64,000 nt of DNA from an uncultured Fibrobacteraceae bacterium. GTDB taxonomy: Bacteria; Krumholzibacteriota; Krumholzibacteriia; LZORAL124-64-63. The stretch is taken from contig CAZLHO010000007.1 of NCBI GenBank assembly GCA_964559455.1, positions 14,636-78,635 on the forward strand. Direction: 5' to 3'. The notes under the pieces were generated by a model. It was given only the letters and a program-made list of their open reading frames with translations. It searched no databases and had not been told where the DNA came from. A program made the position numbers and the translations under genes. Positions 51,955-61,456 of the stretch are shown one piece after another. Position 1 is the stretch's first letter. Each line of letters opens with the position of its first letter.

Positions 51955-53358
51955 TTGCCGATGAACGACCACGACAATGCAGTCGACACCATCGTCGCCG
52001 TCGCCACGCCCGAGGGCGTGGGCGGGCTGGCGGTCGTGCGCCTGAGCGGACCGGCCGCGGTTTCCGTGGCCGGGCGGATCTTCCGGGATCCGGGTTTCGC
52101 GCGCGGACCCGAATCGCATCGGGCCGTGCTCGGCCTCGCGGTCGCTCCGGATGCCGGGGAGGCCCTGGACGAGGTCGTCGTCCTGCCCATGCTGGCGCCG
52201 CGCAGCTATACGGGGGAGGACGTCGTCGAGATCACCTGCCACGGCGGGGCCGTGCCGGCGCGGACGATCGCCGACGCCTGCGTGGAGGCCGGCGCCCGTC
52301 CCGCCGGACCCGGCGAGTTCACCAGGCGGGCCTTCCTCAACGGCAAGCTGAGCCTGGATCGGGCCGAGGCCGTCGCCGACCTGATCCACGCCGAGGATCG
52401 CCTGGCGGCCCGCGCCGCCCTGCGCCAGCTGCGCGGCGGGATGGACCGCGAGATCGCCGCCTGCGAGACGCCTCTGCGCGAGCTGCTGGCGGAACTCGAG
52501 GGGGGGCTGGAGTTCGCCGACGACGAGGCGATGTCGACGCCGGCGCCGCGCCTGCGCGCGGTGCTGGATGCGGCCCTGGACGAACTCGACCGGCTCTGTT
52601 CCTTCGCCGCGGCGGCGCGGCGGGTGCGCGAGGGCGTGCAGGTCGTGCTGGCGGGTCCGCCCAACAGCGGCAAGAGCTCGCTTTTCAATGCGCTGCTGGA
52701 TCGGCCGCGCGCGCTGGTCGACGACGAGGCGGGCACCACGCGCGACGTCCTTCGCGAGCGCATGGACCACGGCGATTGCGTCTTCGTGCTGCACGACACG
52801 GCCGGACTGCGCGAGGCCGCCGCCCGCGTCGAGGCCCGCGGGGTGACCCTGGCTCGCGAGACGGTGGCCGGCGCCGACGTCGTGCTGCTCCTGCGCGACC
52901 TGTCCGACCCCGATGCGGCGGCCGGAACCGCGGCCGCCGCCGAGATCGCGTCCCTGGCGCCCGTCGGCTGCGCCGTGATCGAGGTGGGCGCCAAGTCGGA
53001 CCTCGCCGTTGCCGCCGATGGCGTACCGGGGTTCCTGCTCACCTCGGCCGCCACGGGAGAGGGGATCGTCGCGCTGCGCGACGCCTTGCTCGAGGCGGCC
53101 CGGGCGGGGGAGATGCGCGAGGCGGCGTCGCTGGGCGTGGCCTGGAATCGGCGTCACCGGCACAAGCTGGCGGCTTGCCGCGATGACCTGCGCGAGTTGC
53201 GCGACCTGGTCGGCGAGGGTTCCGAATCCGACGCACCGGCCGAAGTGTTGGCGTCCATGCTCGCCGCAACGCTGGCCGGCCTGGGCGAGATCACGGGCCG
53301 GGTCTTCACTGAAGAATTGCTGGATGTTGTTTTTGATAAATTCTGTGTTGGCAAGTAG
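51955..53358 (+). CDS. mnmE: tRNA modification GTPase MnmE
   Basis: N-terminal TIVAVATPEG, G-domain GPPNSGKSSLFNALL, and the C-terminal FCVGK motif. Confidence 0.9.
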   Translation: MPMNDHDNAVDTIVAVATPEGVGGLAVVRLSGPAAVSVAGRIFRDPGFARGPESHRAVLGLAVAPDAGEALDEVVVLPMLAPRSYTGEDVVEITCHGGAVPARTIADACVEAGARPAGPGEFTRRAFLNGKLSLDRAEAVADLIHAEDRLAARAALRQLRGGMDREIAACETPLRELLAELEGGLEFADDEAMSTPAPRLRAVLDAALDELDRLCSFAAAARRVREGVQVVLAGPPNSGKSSLFNALLDRPRALVDDEAGTTRDVLRERMDHGDCVFVLHDTAGLREAAARVEARGVTLARETVAGADVVLLLRDLSDPDAAAGTAAAAEIASLAPVGCAVIEVGAKSDLAVAADGVPGFLLTSAATGEGIVALRDALLEAARAGEMREAASLGVAWNRRHRHKLAACRDDLRELRDLVGEGSESDAPAEVLASMLAATLAGLGEITGRVFTEELLDVVFDKFCVGK

Positions 53359-53449
53359 TTGCGAGATATTAATGTGTTGTTGGTTGTGTTTTTTGTGATT
53401 TGATGATTGAGCTGTGACGGCGAGGCCGTGCGGCGGGAGGTCGGTCGGC

Positions 53450-55357
53450 GTGATCACCTACGACATTCTGGTCATCGGGGGCGGACACGCCGGTATCGAG
53501 GCGGCCCTGGCCGCCGCGAGGCGCGGCTGCTGCACGCTTCTGGTGAGCCACGAGTTCGCCGGGATCGGCGTCATGCCCTGCAACCCCGCCATCGGAGGCC
53601 TCGGCAAGGGTCATCTGGTCAAGGAGCTGGACGTGTTGGGAGGCGAGATGGGACGCGCCATCGACGCCACGGGCATCCAGTTCCGCGTCCTGAATCGCCG
53701 CAAGGGCCCCGCCGTCCAGGCGCCCCGGGCCCAGGCCGATAAGTCGTTGTACAGCAAATACATGCAGAAGGTGATCCAGGATCAGCCGGGGCTCGAGGTG
53801 CTGGAAGGCGACGTCGTCGACCTGCTGGTGGACCGCGTCGCCTCCGGGCCGCCCGTCGTGCAGGGCGTCCGGTTGGCCGACGGCCGTGACCTGCACGCGC
53901 GCCGCGTCGTTCTCTGTTCCGGCACCTTCCTCCGGGGGCTGATGCATGTCGGCGATCGCCGCACCGAGGGCGGCCGGGAGGGTTCCGGGGACTCGCGCCG
54001 CCTCAGCGGCGCCCTCGCCGACCTGGGGGTCCGCCTGCTCAGGCTCAAGACCGGAACGCCGCCGCGCCTGCGGGCCGGAAGCATCGACTATGCGCGCCTG
54101 GACGAGCAGCCCGGCGACCCGGATCCGCGTCCTTTCTCCTTCCGCACCAAGGACTTCCGGCCAGAGCAGATATCCTGCCACCTGACCCGGACGACCGAGG
54201 CGACGCATCGCATCATCCGCGAGAACCTGGACAAATCGCCGCTCTTCGCCGGGGCCATCGAGGGGAAGGGACCCCGCTACTGTCCCTCGATCGAGGATAA
54301 GATCGTCCGCTTCGCCGACCGGACGAGCCACCACGTCTTCTTGGAGCCCGAGGGACGCGACGCCGAGGAGATCTACGTCAACGGGCTCTCGACCAGCCTG
54401 CCCGCCGAGGTCCAGGAGGCCTTCATCCATTCGGTGCCCGGGCTCGAGGAGGCCGAACTGGTCCGGCACGGCTATGCGGTCGAATATGACAGCGTCCCTT
54501 CGTGGCAATCGTCGCCGACCCTGGAGCTCAAGTCCTTGTCGGGCTTGTATCTGGCCGGACAGATCCTGGGCACGTCGGGCTACGAGGAGGCCGCCGCGCA
54601 GGGCCTGCTGGCCGGCGTCAACGCCGCCCTGTCCCTGGCCGGCGAGCCGTCGCTGGTGCTGGAGCGCTCGCGGGCCTACATGGGCGTGCTGGTCGACGAC
54701 CTGGTCACCAAGGACATCACCGAGCCCTACCGGATGTTCACGTCCCGGGCGGAGCATCGCCTGGCCTTGCGCTGCGACAACGCCGCCGAAAGGCTGCATG
54801 GAGTCGCCGAGCGCCTCGGTCTGCTTCCGGCCGTCGATCTCGAGCGCCTTCACGCTCGGGCGCGGGCGGCGGGGCGCCTGATCAAGGCGCTCGGCGGGAT
54901 CTCGGCGCGCGTGGGCCCAGGTTCCGGCGCCGCTCCCGTTCCCGTCGTCCTGAAGCGGCGTGACGCCTCGCTGACGGACCTCGTGTCCGCCGCCGGCTCC
55001 TCGGGTGACGCATTGAGGCGAGCATTCGCCGCGGCCATGGACGGCGGAGCTCCCCATCTTGACGCCAATCTCCGCCGCGAGATCCTTGAACAGGCGGAAG
55101 TGGACATCAGGTATGAGGGTTACGTTGTGCGCCAGGATCGTTTGTTGCGCAAATCAGCCCACCTGGATCTGATGGAGATTCCCGAGGATTTCCTCTATGA
55201 TCACTTGAAAGCCATGAGCAACGAGGCGCGTGAAAAACTCTCCCGCATGCGCCCGGCGACCTTGGGGCAGGCGGCCCGCATCGACGGCGTCCGCGCCTCG
55301 GACTTGGCGGTGCTATCGATCATGGTGCCTCGGCACCGGGATCGAGCCGCGGGATAG
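53450..55357 (+). CDS. mnmG: tRNA uridine 5-carboxymethylaminomethyl modification enzyme MnmG (GidA)
   Basis: FAD motif YDILVIGGGHAGIEAALAAAR plus the NPAIGGLGKGHLVKE motif. A GTG at 53450 with RBS GGGAGG 9 nt upstream is preferred over the GTG at 53414 used by the track. Confidence 0.85.
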   Translation: MITYDILVIGGGHAGIEAALAAARRGCCTLLVSHEFAGIGVMPCNPAIGGLGKGHLVKELDVLGGEMGRAIDATGIQFRVLNRRKGPAVQAPRAQADKSLYSKYMQKVIQDQPGLEVLEGDVVDLLVDRVASGPPVVQGVRLADGRDLHARRVVLCSGTFLRGLMHVGDRRTEGGREGSGDSRRLSGALADLGVRLLRLKTGTPPRLRAGSIDYARLDEQPGDPDPRPFSFRTKDFRPEQISCHLTRTTEATHRIIRENLDKSPLFAGAIEGKGPRYCPSIEDKIVRFADRTSHHVFLEPEGRDAEEIYVNGLSTSLPAEVQEAFIHSVPGLEEAELVRHGYAVEYDSVPSWQSSPTLELKSLSGLYLAGQILGTSGYEEAAAQGLLAGVNAALSLAGEPSLVLERSRAYMGVLVDDLVTKDITEPYRMFTSRAEHRLALRCDNAAERLHGVAERLGLLPAVDLERLHARARAAGRLIKALGGISARVGPGSGAAPVPVVLKRRDASLTDLVSAAGSSGDALRRAFAAAMDGGAPHLDANLRREILEQAEVDIRYEGYVVRQDRLLRKSAHLDLMEIPEDFLYDHLKAMSNEAREKLSRMRPATLGQAARIDGVRASDLAVLSIMVPRHRDRAAG

Positions 55358-55376
55358 GACCGCTCCGGAGACGACA

Positions 55377-56153
55377 ATGCCTGATTTCCCCCCCGCCCCC
55401 GTCCTCGATCCCCATTTCCGGAAGATACTGCGTGAAGAGGTCTTGCGTTGGAATCGGCAATTCAGTCTGATTTCCCGCGTGGACCCGGAAGCTCGGGTCG
55501 AGGCCCTGCTCGATGAATCCCAGGCCGCGCTCCCCGCGTTCCTTTCCGGCTTCGCTCGTTTCGATCCCTCCGGGCGGGATTTCCTCGCCGGCGCGGAAGC
55601 TGTGGACCTTCGCTACGTGGATATCGGCAGCGGCGGGGGATTCCCGGGTCTTCCCTGGTTCGGCATGCTGCAGGCCCTGGTGTCCGGCGCGGGCGCCGGA
55701 CGCGCTCTTTCGGGCGCCCTGGTCGAACCCCGCCGCAAGCGCGCCTGGTTCCTGGAGCGCTGCCGCGATCGGCTGGGGCTGAAGGGACTCGAGGTCGTCG
55801 AATGTCGCTGGGGCCAGCGTCGGATAGCCGATTCCGTCGCCTTTTCGGCCAGCGACGCTCCTCGTCGGATCTGGATCCTCACCATGCAGGCCTTGAGACT
55901 CGACGATGACGATATTCTCGCCGGCTGGCGCCGCATGACCGGACGCGATTGCCTTCTGGCGGGCGAAAGCCTGGTGATTTGCCGGTTCCACGCCGAGTCC
56001 GAACCCCTGGACGAGAGTCTCCGCTCCCGCCTCCATCTGCCGCCCCGTCTCGATGACGACGCCCCGGGCGCCCCCCGCTCCCTGCTCCTTCCTCTGGCCG
56101 GCGGCCCCGAGGGGCGAGCCCTGTTGATTTCGCACTATCCCTCTGGCGGTTGA
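55377..56153 (+). CDS. rsmG: 16S rRNA (guanine527-N7)-methyltransferase RsmG (GidB)
   Basis: DIGSGGGFPGLP SAM-binding motif. ATG at 55377. The track ORF starts 147 nt upstream inside the mnmG end. Confidence 0.75.
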   Translation: MPDFPPAPVLDPHFRKILREEVLRWNRQFSLISRVDPEARVEALLDESQAALPAFLSGFARFDPSGRDFLAGAEAVDLRYVDIGSGGGFPGLPWFGMLQALVSGAGAGRALSGALVEPRRKRAWFLERCRDRLGLKGLEVVECRWGQRRIADSVAFSASDAPRRIWILTMQALRLDDDDILAGWRRMTGRDCLLAGESLVICRFHAESEPLDESLRSRLHLPPRLDDDAPGAPRSLLLPLAGGPEGRALLISHYPSGG

Positions 56154-56163
56154 TTCGGGTCTT

Positions 56164-56179
56164 TGTTCCACGTGGAACA
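56164..56179. promoter_or_regulatory. parS-like centromere site 1 (TGTTCCACGTGGAACA)
   Basis: Perfect 16-bp palindrome, 14/16 match to the parS consensus TGTTTCACGTGAAACA with symmetric substitutions. Confidence 0.6.
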
Positions 56180-56198
56180 CGCCGAGGGTTTCTGGAAT

Positions 56199-56214
56199 TG
56201 TTCCACGTGGAACA
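56199..56214. promoter_or_regulatory. parS-like centromere site 2 (TGTTCCACGTGGAACA)
   Basis: Identical copy 35 bp downstream of site 1. Confidence 0.6.
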
Positions 56215-56323
56215 ACAGAATTGCCCCACGATCCTGCAAATAATCCACAACCACACCAGAAACAAGAATGGCGCCAAAGGCGATCTGGGGGTTCCTGCGA
56301 GGGGATGGCGGGGAGGCCTGGCG

Positions 56324-56357
56324 TTATCCACAGGTCGCGCCGAGAAGCTGTGGATAA
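56324..56357. promoter_or_regulatory. Second pair of perfect convergent DnaA boxes (TTATCCACA-N16-TGTGGATAA) upstream of parA
   Basis: TTATCCACA at 56324-56332 and TGTGGATAA at 56349-56357, in the same arrangement and extended context (GTTATCCACA...CTGTGGATAAC) as the pair at 47547-47577. Confidence 0.5.
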
Positions 56358-56452
56358 CACCGAATTGCTATGGACAGTCCCTTGCAAGCCGCGTTATCTT
56401 GGGCCCCAGTCCAGCTTGCGGCATCACACCAGTGAAGGATGTAGCGACCCCC

Positions 56453-57277
56453 ATGGGCAAGATCATCGCCATCTCGAATCAGAAGGGCGGGGTCGGCAAG
56501 ACGACCACGGCGGTCAATCTCTGCGCCAGTCTGGCCGTCGCCGAACAGCGAACCCTGCTCCTGGACCTGGATCCACAAGGGAACGCCACGAGCGGATGTG
56601 GTGTAACTGACTTTAAATCAACAAGTTACGAGCTTGTTTTAGGCTCCGTTTCGTTGGCGGGAGCGGCTGTCGGGACGGAGACGCCCTTCCTGGACGTCGT
56701 CCCCAGCGACCGGCGCCTCGCCGGCGCCGAGATCGAGCTCGTCCCCCAGATCTCCCGGGAGCGGTTCCTCCAGAGCGCCCTGCGTGACGCGCGCGAGCGC
56801 TACGACTTCATCATCATCGACACCCCGCCCAGCCTGGGGCTGATCACGCTCAACGCCCTGACCGCCGCCGACAGCGTGCTGATCCCGATCCAGTGCGAAT
56901 ACTATGCGCTCGAGGGGTTGAGCCAGCTGCTGAGCACGATCCAGCTGGTGCAGAAGAGCCTGAACCCCGGGCTGCGCATCGAGGGCGTGCTGCTGACGAT
57001 GTTCGACCAGCGCCTGAAGCTGTCGAACCAGGTGGCCGCCGAGGCCATCGACTACTTCGGCGACATCGTCTACCACACCAAGATCCCGCGGAACGTGCGC
57101 CTGAGCGAGGCCCCTTCCTTCGGCAAGCCGATCCTGCTCTACGACGCCGCCTGTCCTGGCGCGCTCAGCTATCTCAACCTCGCCTCCGAGGTGATCCGCG
57201 CCGGGACGACCGCGTCCCTGAAGGCCGCCGCCGGCGGCGACCCCGTGACTCCCGACAAGGAGATCATCGAGCCATGA
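56453..57277 (+). CDS. parA: Chromosome partitioning ATPase ParA/Soj
   Basis: Deviant Walker A NQKGGVGKTTTAVNL and a full-length ParA match. The track ORF starts 303 nt too early. Confidence 0.9.
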   Translation: MGKIIAISNQKGGVGKTTTAVNLCASLAVAEQRTLLLDLDPQGNATSGCGVTDFKSTSYELVLGSVSLAGAAVGTETPFLDVVPSDRRLAGAEIELVPQISRERFLQSALRDARERYDFIIIDTPPSLGLITLNALTAADSVLIPIQCEYYALEGLSQLLSTIQLVQKSLNPGLRIEGVLLTMFDQRLKLSNQVAAEAIDYFGDIVYHTKIPRNVRLSEAPSFGKPILLYDAACPGALSYLNLASEVIRAGTTASLKAAAGGDPVTPDKEIIEP

Positions 57278-58233
57278 ATCCGAGACAGGATCGTGTCCTG
57301 GGCAAGGGATTGTCCGCCCTGATCTCCGGCGCGGCGGACGAGTCCGGCCGCCTGGGCGACCGCGAAGCCCGCCTGCTTTCCGTCGACGCCATCGGCCTGA
57401 ATCCCGACCAGCCGCGCAAGGCCTTCAACGAGAAGACCCTGGCCGAACTCGCGGATTCGATCCGCCAGGTCGGCGTGCTGCAGCCCGTGCTGGTGCGGCG
57501 CCTGCGTCCCGGCGAGGAGGCTCCCTTGAGCCTGTCCGAGCGCCTCGACCCGCAGGAGGGGGGACCGCGGCCGGCGCGCCCGGAGTACTGCCTGGTCGCC
57601 GGCGAGCGGCGGGTGCGGGCGGCGGCGCTGGCGGGCGTCGAGGAGATCCCGGCGATCGTCTGCTCCTACGAGGAGACCGAGGCCCTGCGCGTCTCGCTGC
57701 TCGAGAACATCCACCGCGAGGACCTGAATCCCGTCGAGGAGGCCGCCACCTACCAGGAGCTGCTCGACGCCTACGGGGCCACCCAGGAGGAGCTGGCGAC
57801 GATGCTCGGCAAGAGCCGCAGCGGCGTGGCCAACACCCTGCGCATGCTGTCGCTGGCGCCGGAGATCCTGGAGATGCTGCGCGAGGGCGGGATCACCCGC
57901 GGCCACGCCAAGGCCATGCTGGCGATCGAGGACGAAGCGGCCCGCCTGCGCCTGGCCAGGCTCTGCCGCACCCGCGGACTGTCGGTGCGGGAGTGCGAGC
58001 AGCGCGCCCAGGTCCTGGCCGGCGGCGCGCGCGCCCGTCGCCGCCGCAAGGCCGGGCCCGAGGAATCCCCCGCGGTCCGCGCCCTGCGCGAGCGGGTCGA
58101 GGAGCGGTTGGGCTCGCCGGTGCGCATCGAGCGCGACGTCCGCGGCAAGGGCCAGATCGTGGTCCGCTTCTTCTCGGACGAGGATCTCACCCGGGTGCTC
58201 GTCCGCCTCGGCATCGACACCGACCTGTCCTGA
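57274..58233 (+). CDS. parB: Chromosome partitioning protein ParB/Spo0J
   Basis: ParB box GERRVRAAALAG and an HTH region. ATGA overlap with the parA stop. Confidence 0.9.
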   Translation: MNPRQDRVLGKGLSALISGAADESGRLGDREARLLSVDAIGLNPDQPRKAFNEKTLAELADSIRQVGVLQPVLVRRLRPGEEAPLSLSERLDPQEGGPRPARPEYCLVAGERRVRAAALAGVEEIPAIVCSYEETEALRVSLLENIHREDLNPVEEAATYQELLDAYGATQEELATMLGKSRSGVANTLRMLSLAPEILEMLREGGITRGHAKAMLAIEDEAARLRLARLCRTRGLSVRECEQRAQVLAGGARARRRRKAGPEESPAVRALRERVEERLGSPVRIERDVRGKGQIVVRFFSDEDLTRVLVRLGIDTDLS

Positions 58234-58256
58234 GCCCGATCGGATCCGGAGCCGCC

Positions 58257-59654
58257 ATGGTCGCCGTGAAACGCCTGGTCACGCGCATGAGGGCGAGCCG
58301 CCTGCAGGACCTGCTGCTGGCCGTCCTCGCGGTGACGACGACGCTGCTGCTCGGCGCGAGCATCAACATCGTCGTCCACCTGCTGCGCTACGTGCGGGCG
58401 CTGCGCGCCGGCGACGCCGCGGCAGCGATGGCCGCGCTCGGTCCCTACCCGCTGTACTGGTCCCTCGTCTCGATGGTGCTCTTCGTGATCGCCGGCTGGG
58501 TCTTCTGGACCCTGGTCAAGCGCCGGCAGATCGACCAGCTGCGCCTGCGCCGCTCGGAGCAGAAGTACCGCAACATCATCAACCACGCCGGCGAGGCCAT
58601 CTTCCTGCTGGACGAGGCGGGGCGCGTGCTGGAGTGGAACAAGATGGCCGAGCTGCTCTTCGACGTGCCCCGGCGCAACGTGCTGGGCCGGCCCTTCCGC
58701 GACATCCACATCTGCTACGGCATCGAGATCGACAAGGCCATGGCCGACGCGGCGCGCCTGAACCGGAGCCTGAGCTTCGAATTCCCCCTGCGCCGTCTCG
58801 ACGCCCAGTCGGGCCTACTCTCGATGACCGTCTCGCCGATCAGCGGCGACAGCCGACGCGTCGACGATCCCCGGGCCGGCGGCGATGCGCCCACCTTCGT
58901 GCTCATCGCCCGCGACATCACCTCGGAGAAGCAGCTCGAGACGAAGATGAGCGAGACCGAGAAGCTGGCGAGCATCGGCCAGCTCGCCGCCGGCATCGCC
59001 CACCAGCTGAACACGCCGCTGGGTTCGATCCTGCTCTCGGCGCAGATGCTCGAGGAGACGAACCGCTCCGATGAGGACGCCGAGGATCTGAGCCGGATCA
59101 TCCGCCAGACCGAGCAATGCCGGAACATCATCAAGGGGCTGCTCAACTTCGCCCGACCCTCGGGCCGCGAGCGCAACCCGCAGCGGCTGGCCGACCTGGC
59201 CCGCGACACCATCTTCCTGATGGAGAAGAACATCAAGCTGGCCGGCGTCGAGGTGGCGATCGACGAGCGCGAGGAGATAGTGATCCTCGGCAACCGCAAC
59301 GAGCTGGACCAGGTCTTCTTCAACCTGCTGGCCAACTCGCTGGACGCCATGCCCGCCGGCGGCCGCATCGACATCGTGCTGGAGAGCGGAGCCGAGGGCG
59401 AGGCGCGCGTGATCTTCGAGGACAGCGGCGAGGGCATCCCCGAGGAGCAGCGCGAGAAGGTCTTCCTGCCCTTCTTCACCACGAAGGAGTACGGCAAGGG
59501 CACGGGCCTGGGCCTGTCGATCCTGGCGCGGATCATCCACGAGCACGGCGGGACGATCGAACTCGAGCGGGGAGAGGCCGGCGGCGCCCGCTTCGTGATG
59601 ACCTTCCCCCGGTCGGGCGCGGCGTCCCGGCCGCGATCGGAGTCCCGGCCATGA
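58257..59654 (+). CDS. PAS-domain sensor histidine kinase (membrane-anchored)
   Basis: Two N-terminal TM helices. PAS region is YRNIINHAGEAIFLLDEAGRVLEWN. H-box is LAAGIAHQLNTPLGSI. G-boxes are GTGLGLSI. Confidence 0.8.
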   Translation: MVAVKRLVTRMRASRLQDLLLAVLAVTTTLLLGASINIVVHLLRYVRALRAGDAAAAMAALGPYPLYWSLVSMVLFVIAGWVFWTLVKRRQIDQLRLRRSEQKYRNIINHAGEAIFLLDEAGRVLEWNKMAELLFDVPRRNVLGRPFRDIHICYGIEIDKAMADAARLNRSLSFEFPLRRLDAQSGLLSMTVSPISGDSRRVDDPRAGGDAPTFVLIARDITSEKQLETKMSETEKLASIGQLAAGIAHQLNTPLGSILLSAQMLEETNRSDEDAEDLSRIIRQTEQCRNIIKGLLNFARPSGRERNPQRLADLARDTIFLMEKNIKLAGVEVAIDEREEIVILGNRNELDQVFFNLLANSLDAMPAGGRIDIVLESGAEGEARVIFEDSGEGIPEEQREKVFLPFFTTKEYGKGTGLGLSILARIIHEHGGTIELERGEAGGARFVMTFPRSGAASRPRSESRP

Positions 59655-60505
59655 GCCTGAAGATTCCCCGCCGCACCCGGATCCTGGTCGCGCCCGACGA
59701 CGAGCGGCCCACCCGCGAATACGTGCTCGGCCGCGGCACGGTGGTGACCCTGCTGGCCGTGCTGGCGGCGCTGGTCGTCCTGGTCGCGGCGATGGCCGTC
59801 AGCTTCGGCGGCCTGATGGCGCGGAGCTGGCGGATGGCCGAGCTGGAGGGCGAACTGATCGCCTCGCGGTCGCAGATGAGCCGCGTGCATGAGATGGAGC
59901 GGGAGCTGACGCGGATGCGGGAGTTCCAGGAGAGCCTGCTGACGATGCTGGGCGTGACGCCGCAGGGAGAACTGGACCGCGACACCCTGGTCGCGGGCGC
60001 GGCCACCGGGGCCGCCGCCGGGCAGCCCCGCCCCGGCGCCGAATCCGTCGCCCCGCCCGCCGGCGAGGCGATGAGCCTGGCCGAATCGGCGGCTCTGCTG
60101 ATGACACCGCCCCCGGACATCTGGCCGGTGGCCGGATACGTCACGAGGGAGTACGATCCCGGGGACATCCCCAACGCCGAACGGCCCCACCGGGGCATCG
60201 ATCTCGTCGCCCCGGTCGGAACGCCGGTGCGCGCCGCCGGCCGCGGCGTGGTGCTGACGGCCGCCTGGGACGAATATCTGGGAAACTATGTTGAAATCCG
60301 GCACGGTTTCGGTTACGTAACCGTCTACGGCCATTGCGAGACCCTGGCCGTCCGTCCCGGGGATCGGGTCGATCGCGGCCAGACCGTCGGCACCCTCGGC
60401 GGCACCGGCCAGGTCAGCGCCCCGCACCTGCATTTCGAGGTCTGGAAGGGGGACGCCGCGGTGGACCCCCGCAGCGTCATTCAGGGAGATCCGCCGACGG
60501 GATGA
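59651..60505 (+). CDS. M23-family (LytM) peptidase with N-terminal TM anchor and coiled-coil
   Basis: HRGIDLVAPVGTPVRAAGRGVV...APHLHFEV are the M23 metal-binding motifs. ATGA overlap with the kinase stop. Confidence 0.8.
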   Translation: MSLKIPRRTRILVAPDDERPTREYVLGRGTVVTLLAVLAALVVLVAAMAVSFGGLMARSWRMAELEGELIASRSQMSRVHEMERELTRMREFQESLLTMLGVTPQGELDRDTLVAGAATGAAAGQPRPGAESVAPPAGEAMSLAESAALLMTPPPDIWPVAGYVTREYDPGDIPNAERPHRGIDLVAPVGTPVRAAGRGVVLTAAWDEYLGNYVEIRHGFGYVTVYGHCETLAVRPGDRVDRGQTVGTLGGTGQVSAPHLHFEVWKGDAAVDPRSVIQGDPPTG

Positions 60506-60606
60506 CCGTCCGGCCGATAATTCGACGACGAGAGCGCCGCCGGCTTCCGCGCCGCGGCAGAACGGCAGCCCCGACGCGGCTGCGGAGCAGATCAGGAGGA
60601 ACGCGC

Positions 60607-61032
60607 ATGTTCGGTAAGGACGCCGAGGGCAACGAGGTCGACAAGGGACAGACCTCCATCCTGGCCCAGGGATGCAAGTTCGACGGCAACATCGAGGTTA
60701 AGGGCGCCTTCCGCGTGGAGGGCGAGTTCAAGGGGACGGTGCAGACCCCCGAGAACCTCATCATCGGCAAGACCGGCGTCATCCACGCCCAGGTCAAGGT
60801 GAAGAACGCCATCATCGCCGGCCAGCTCTTCGGCAACATCGATGCCGAGAACAAGATCGAGCTGCAGAGCGGTTCGCACGTCGAAGGCGACATCCGCACC
60901 AAGCGGCTGGTCATCGACGAGGGCGTCTTCTTCGAGGGCAACTGCAGCATGGGCGGCGAGCACCGTCGCACCCCCGCGCCGCAGCCGGGCGCACCTGCCG
61001 TCGCGCCCCGGGCCCCGCAGCCCGGCAAGTAG
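60607..61032 (+). CDS. Bactofilin (DUF583 beta-helical cytoskeletal protein) with Pro-rich C-terminal tail
   Basis: Repetitive beta-helix windings GNIEVKGAFRVEGEFKGTVQT...GVIHAQVKVKNAIIAGQLFGNIDAENKIELQSGSHVEGDIRTKRLVIDEGVFFEGNC. RBS AGGAGG lies before the ATG. Confidence 0.8.
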   Translation: MFGKDAEGNEVDKGQTSILAQGCKFDGNIEVKGAFRVEGEFKGTVQTPENLIIGKTGVIHAQVKVKNAIIAGQLFGNIDAENKIELQSGSHVEGDIRTKRLVIDEGVFFEGNCSMGGEHRRTPAPQPGAPAVAPRAPQPGK

Positions 61033-61258
61033 ACGACGTCAACCCGTCGGTCCCGGTCGTGTTGAGGCCGCGGATGCGGTTGCAGATGTGTGCAGTCTGA
61101 TGATCGGTTGACAATCGCCGGAGTTGGCCTATCTATTGTGCCCGGCCACGACGCCCGCCTCTGCGCGCCCGTGGCCGGCGACATTTTGCAGGAAGGGTCC
61201 CGAGATGGGCTCCGATCCCGGCGGCCGCGGCGACAGGAACCGGGAGCGCGGTCGGCAG

Positions 61259-61456
61259 ATGCGCGAGGTCGGCATCTTCACCGCCATCCCGATGATGCTG
61301 GCCGTGGGGCCGGTCCTGGGCTACCTGATCGGCCACTGGGCCGGCGGGCGCTGGGGAAACGGGACGACCTGGGAGGCCGTGGGCGCGATCCTCGGCCTGG
61401 CCGCCTCGATCCGGCAGGTCTGGTTGATCCTGAAGCAGCACGGCGGTCGTCGATGA
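61259..61456 (+). CDS. atpZ: AtpZ-like small membrane protein (ATP synthase operon leader gene)
   Basis: MREVGIFTAIPMMLAVGPVLGYLIGHWAGGRWG...WEAVGAILGLAASI is the two-TM AtpZ/AtpI-family pattern. The upstream candidate promoter TTGACA (61108-61113) has a poor -10. Confidence 0.5.
   Translation: MREVGIFTAIPMMLAVGPVLGYLIGHWAGGRWGNGTTWEAVGAILGLAASIRQVWLILKQHGGRR

Noticed and set aside
50515-53457. 980 aa minus-strand ORF
   Set aside because: It is antisense to yidC end/jag/mnmE. The Ser/Arg/Ala-rich translation mirrors the jag repeat region.
61108-61136. TTGACA-N17-ATCTAT as the atp operon promoter
   Set aside because: The -35 is perfect but the best -10 candidates (TATCTA/ATCTAT) are poor. 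It is mentioned only as a weak possibility.
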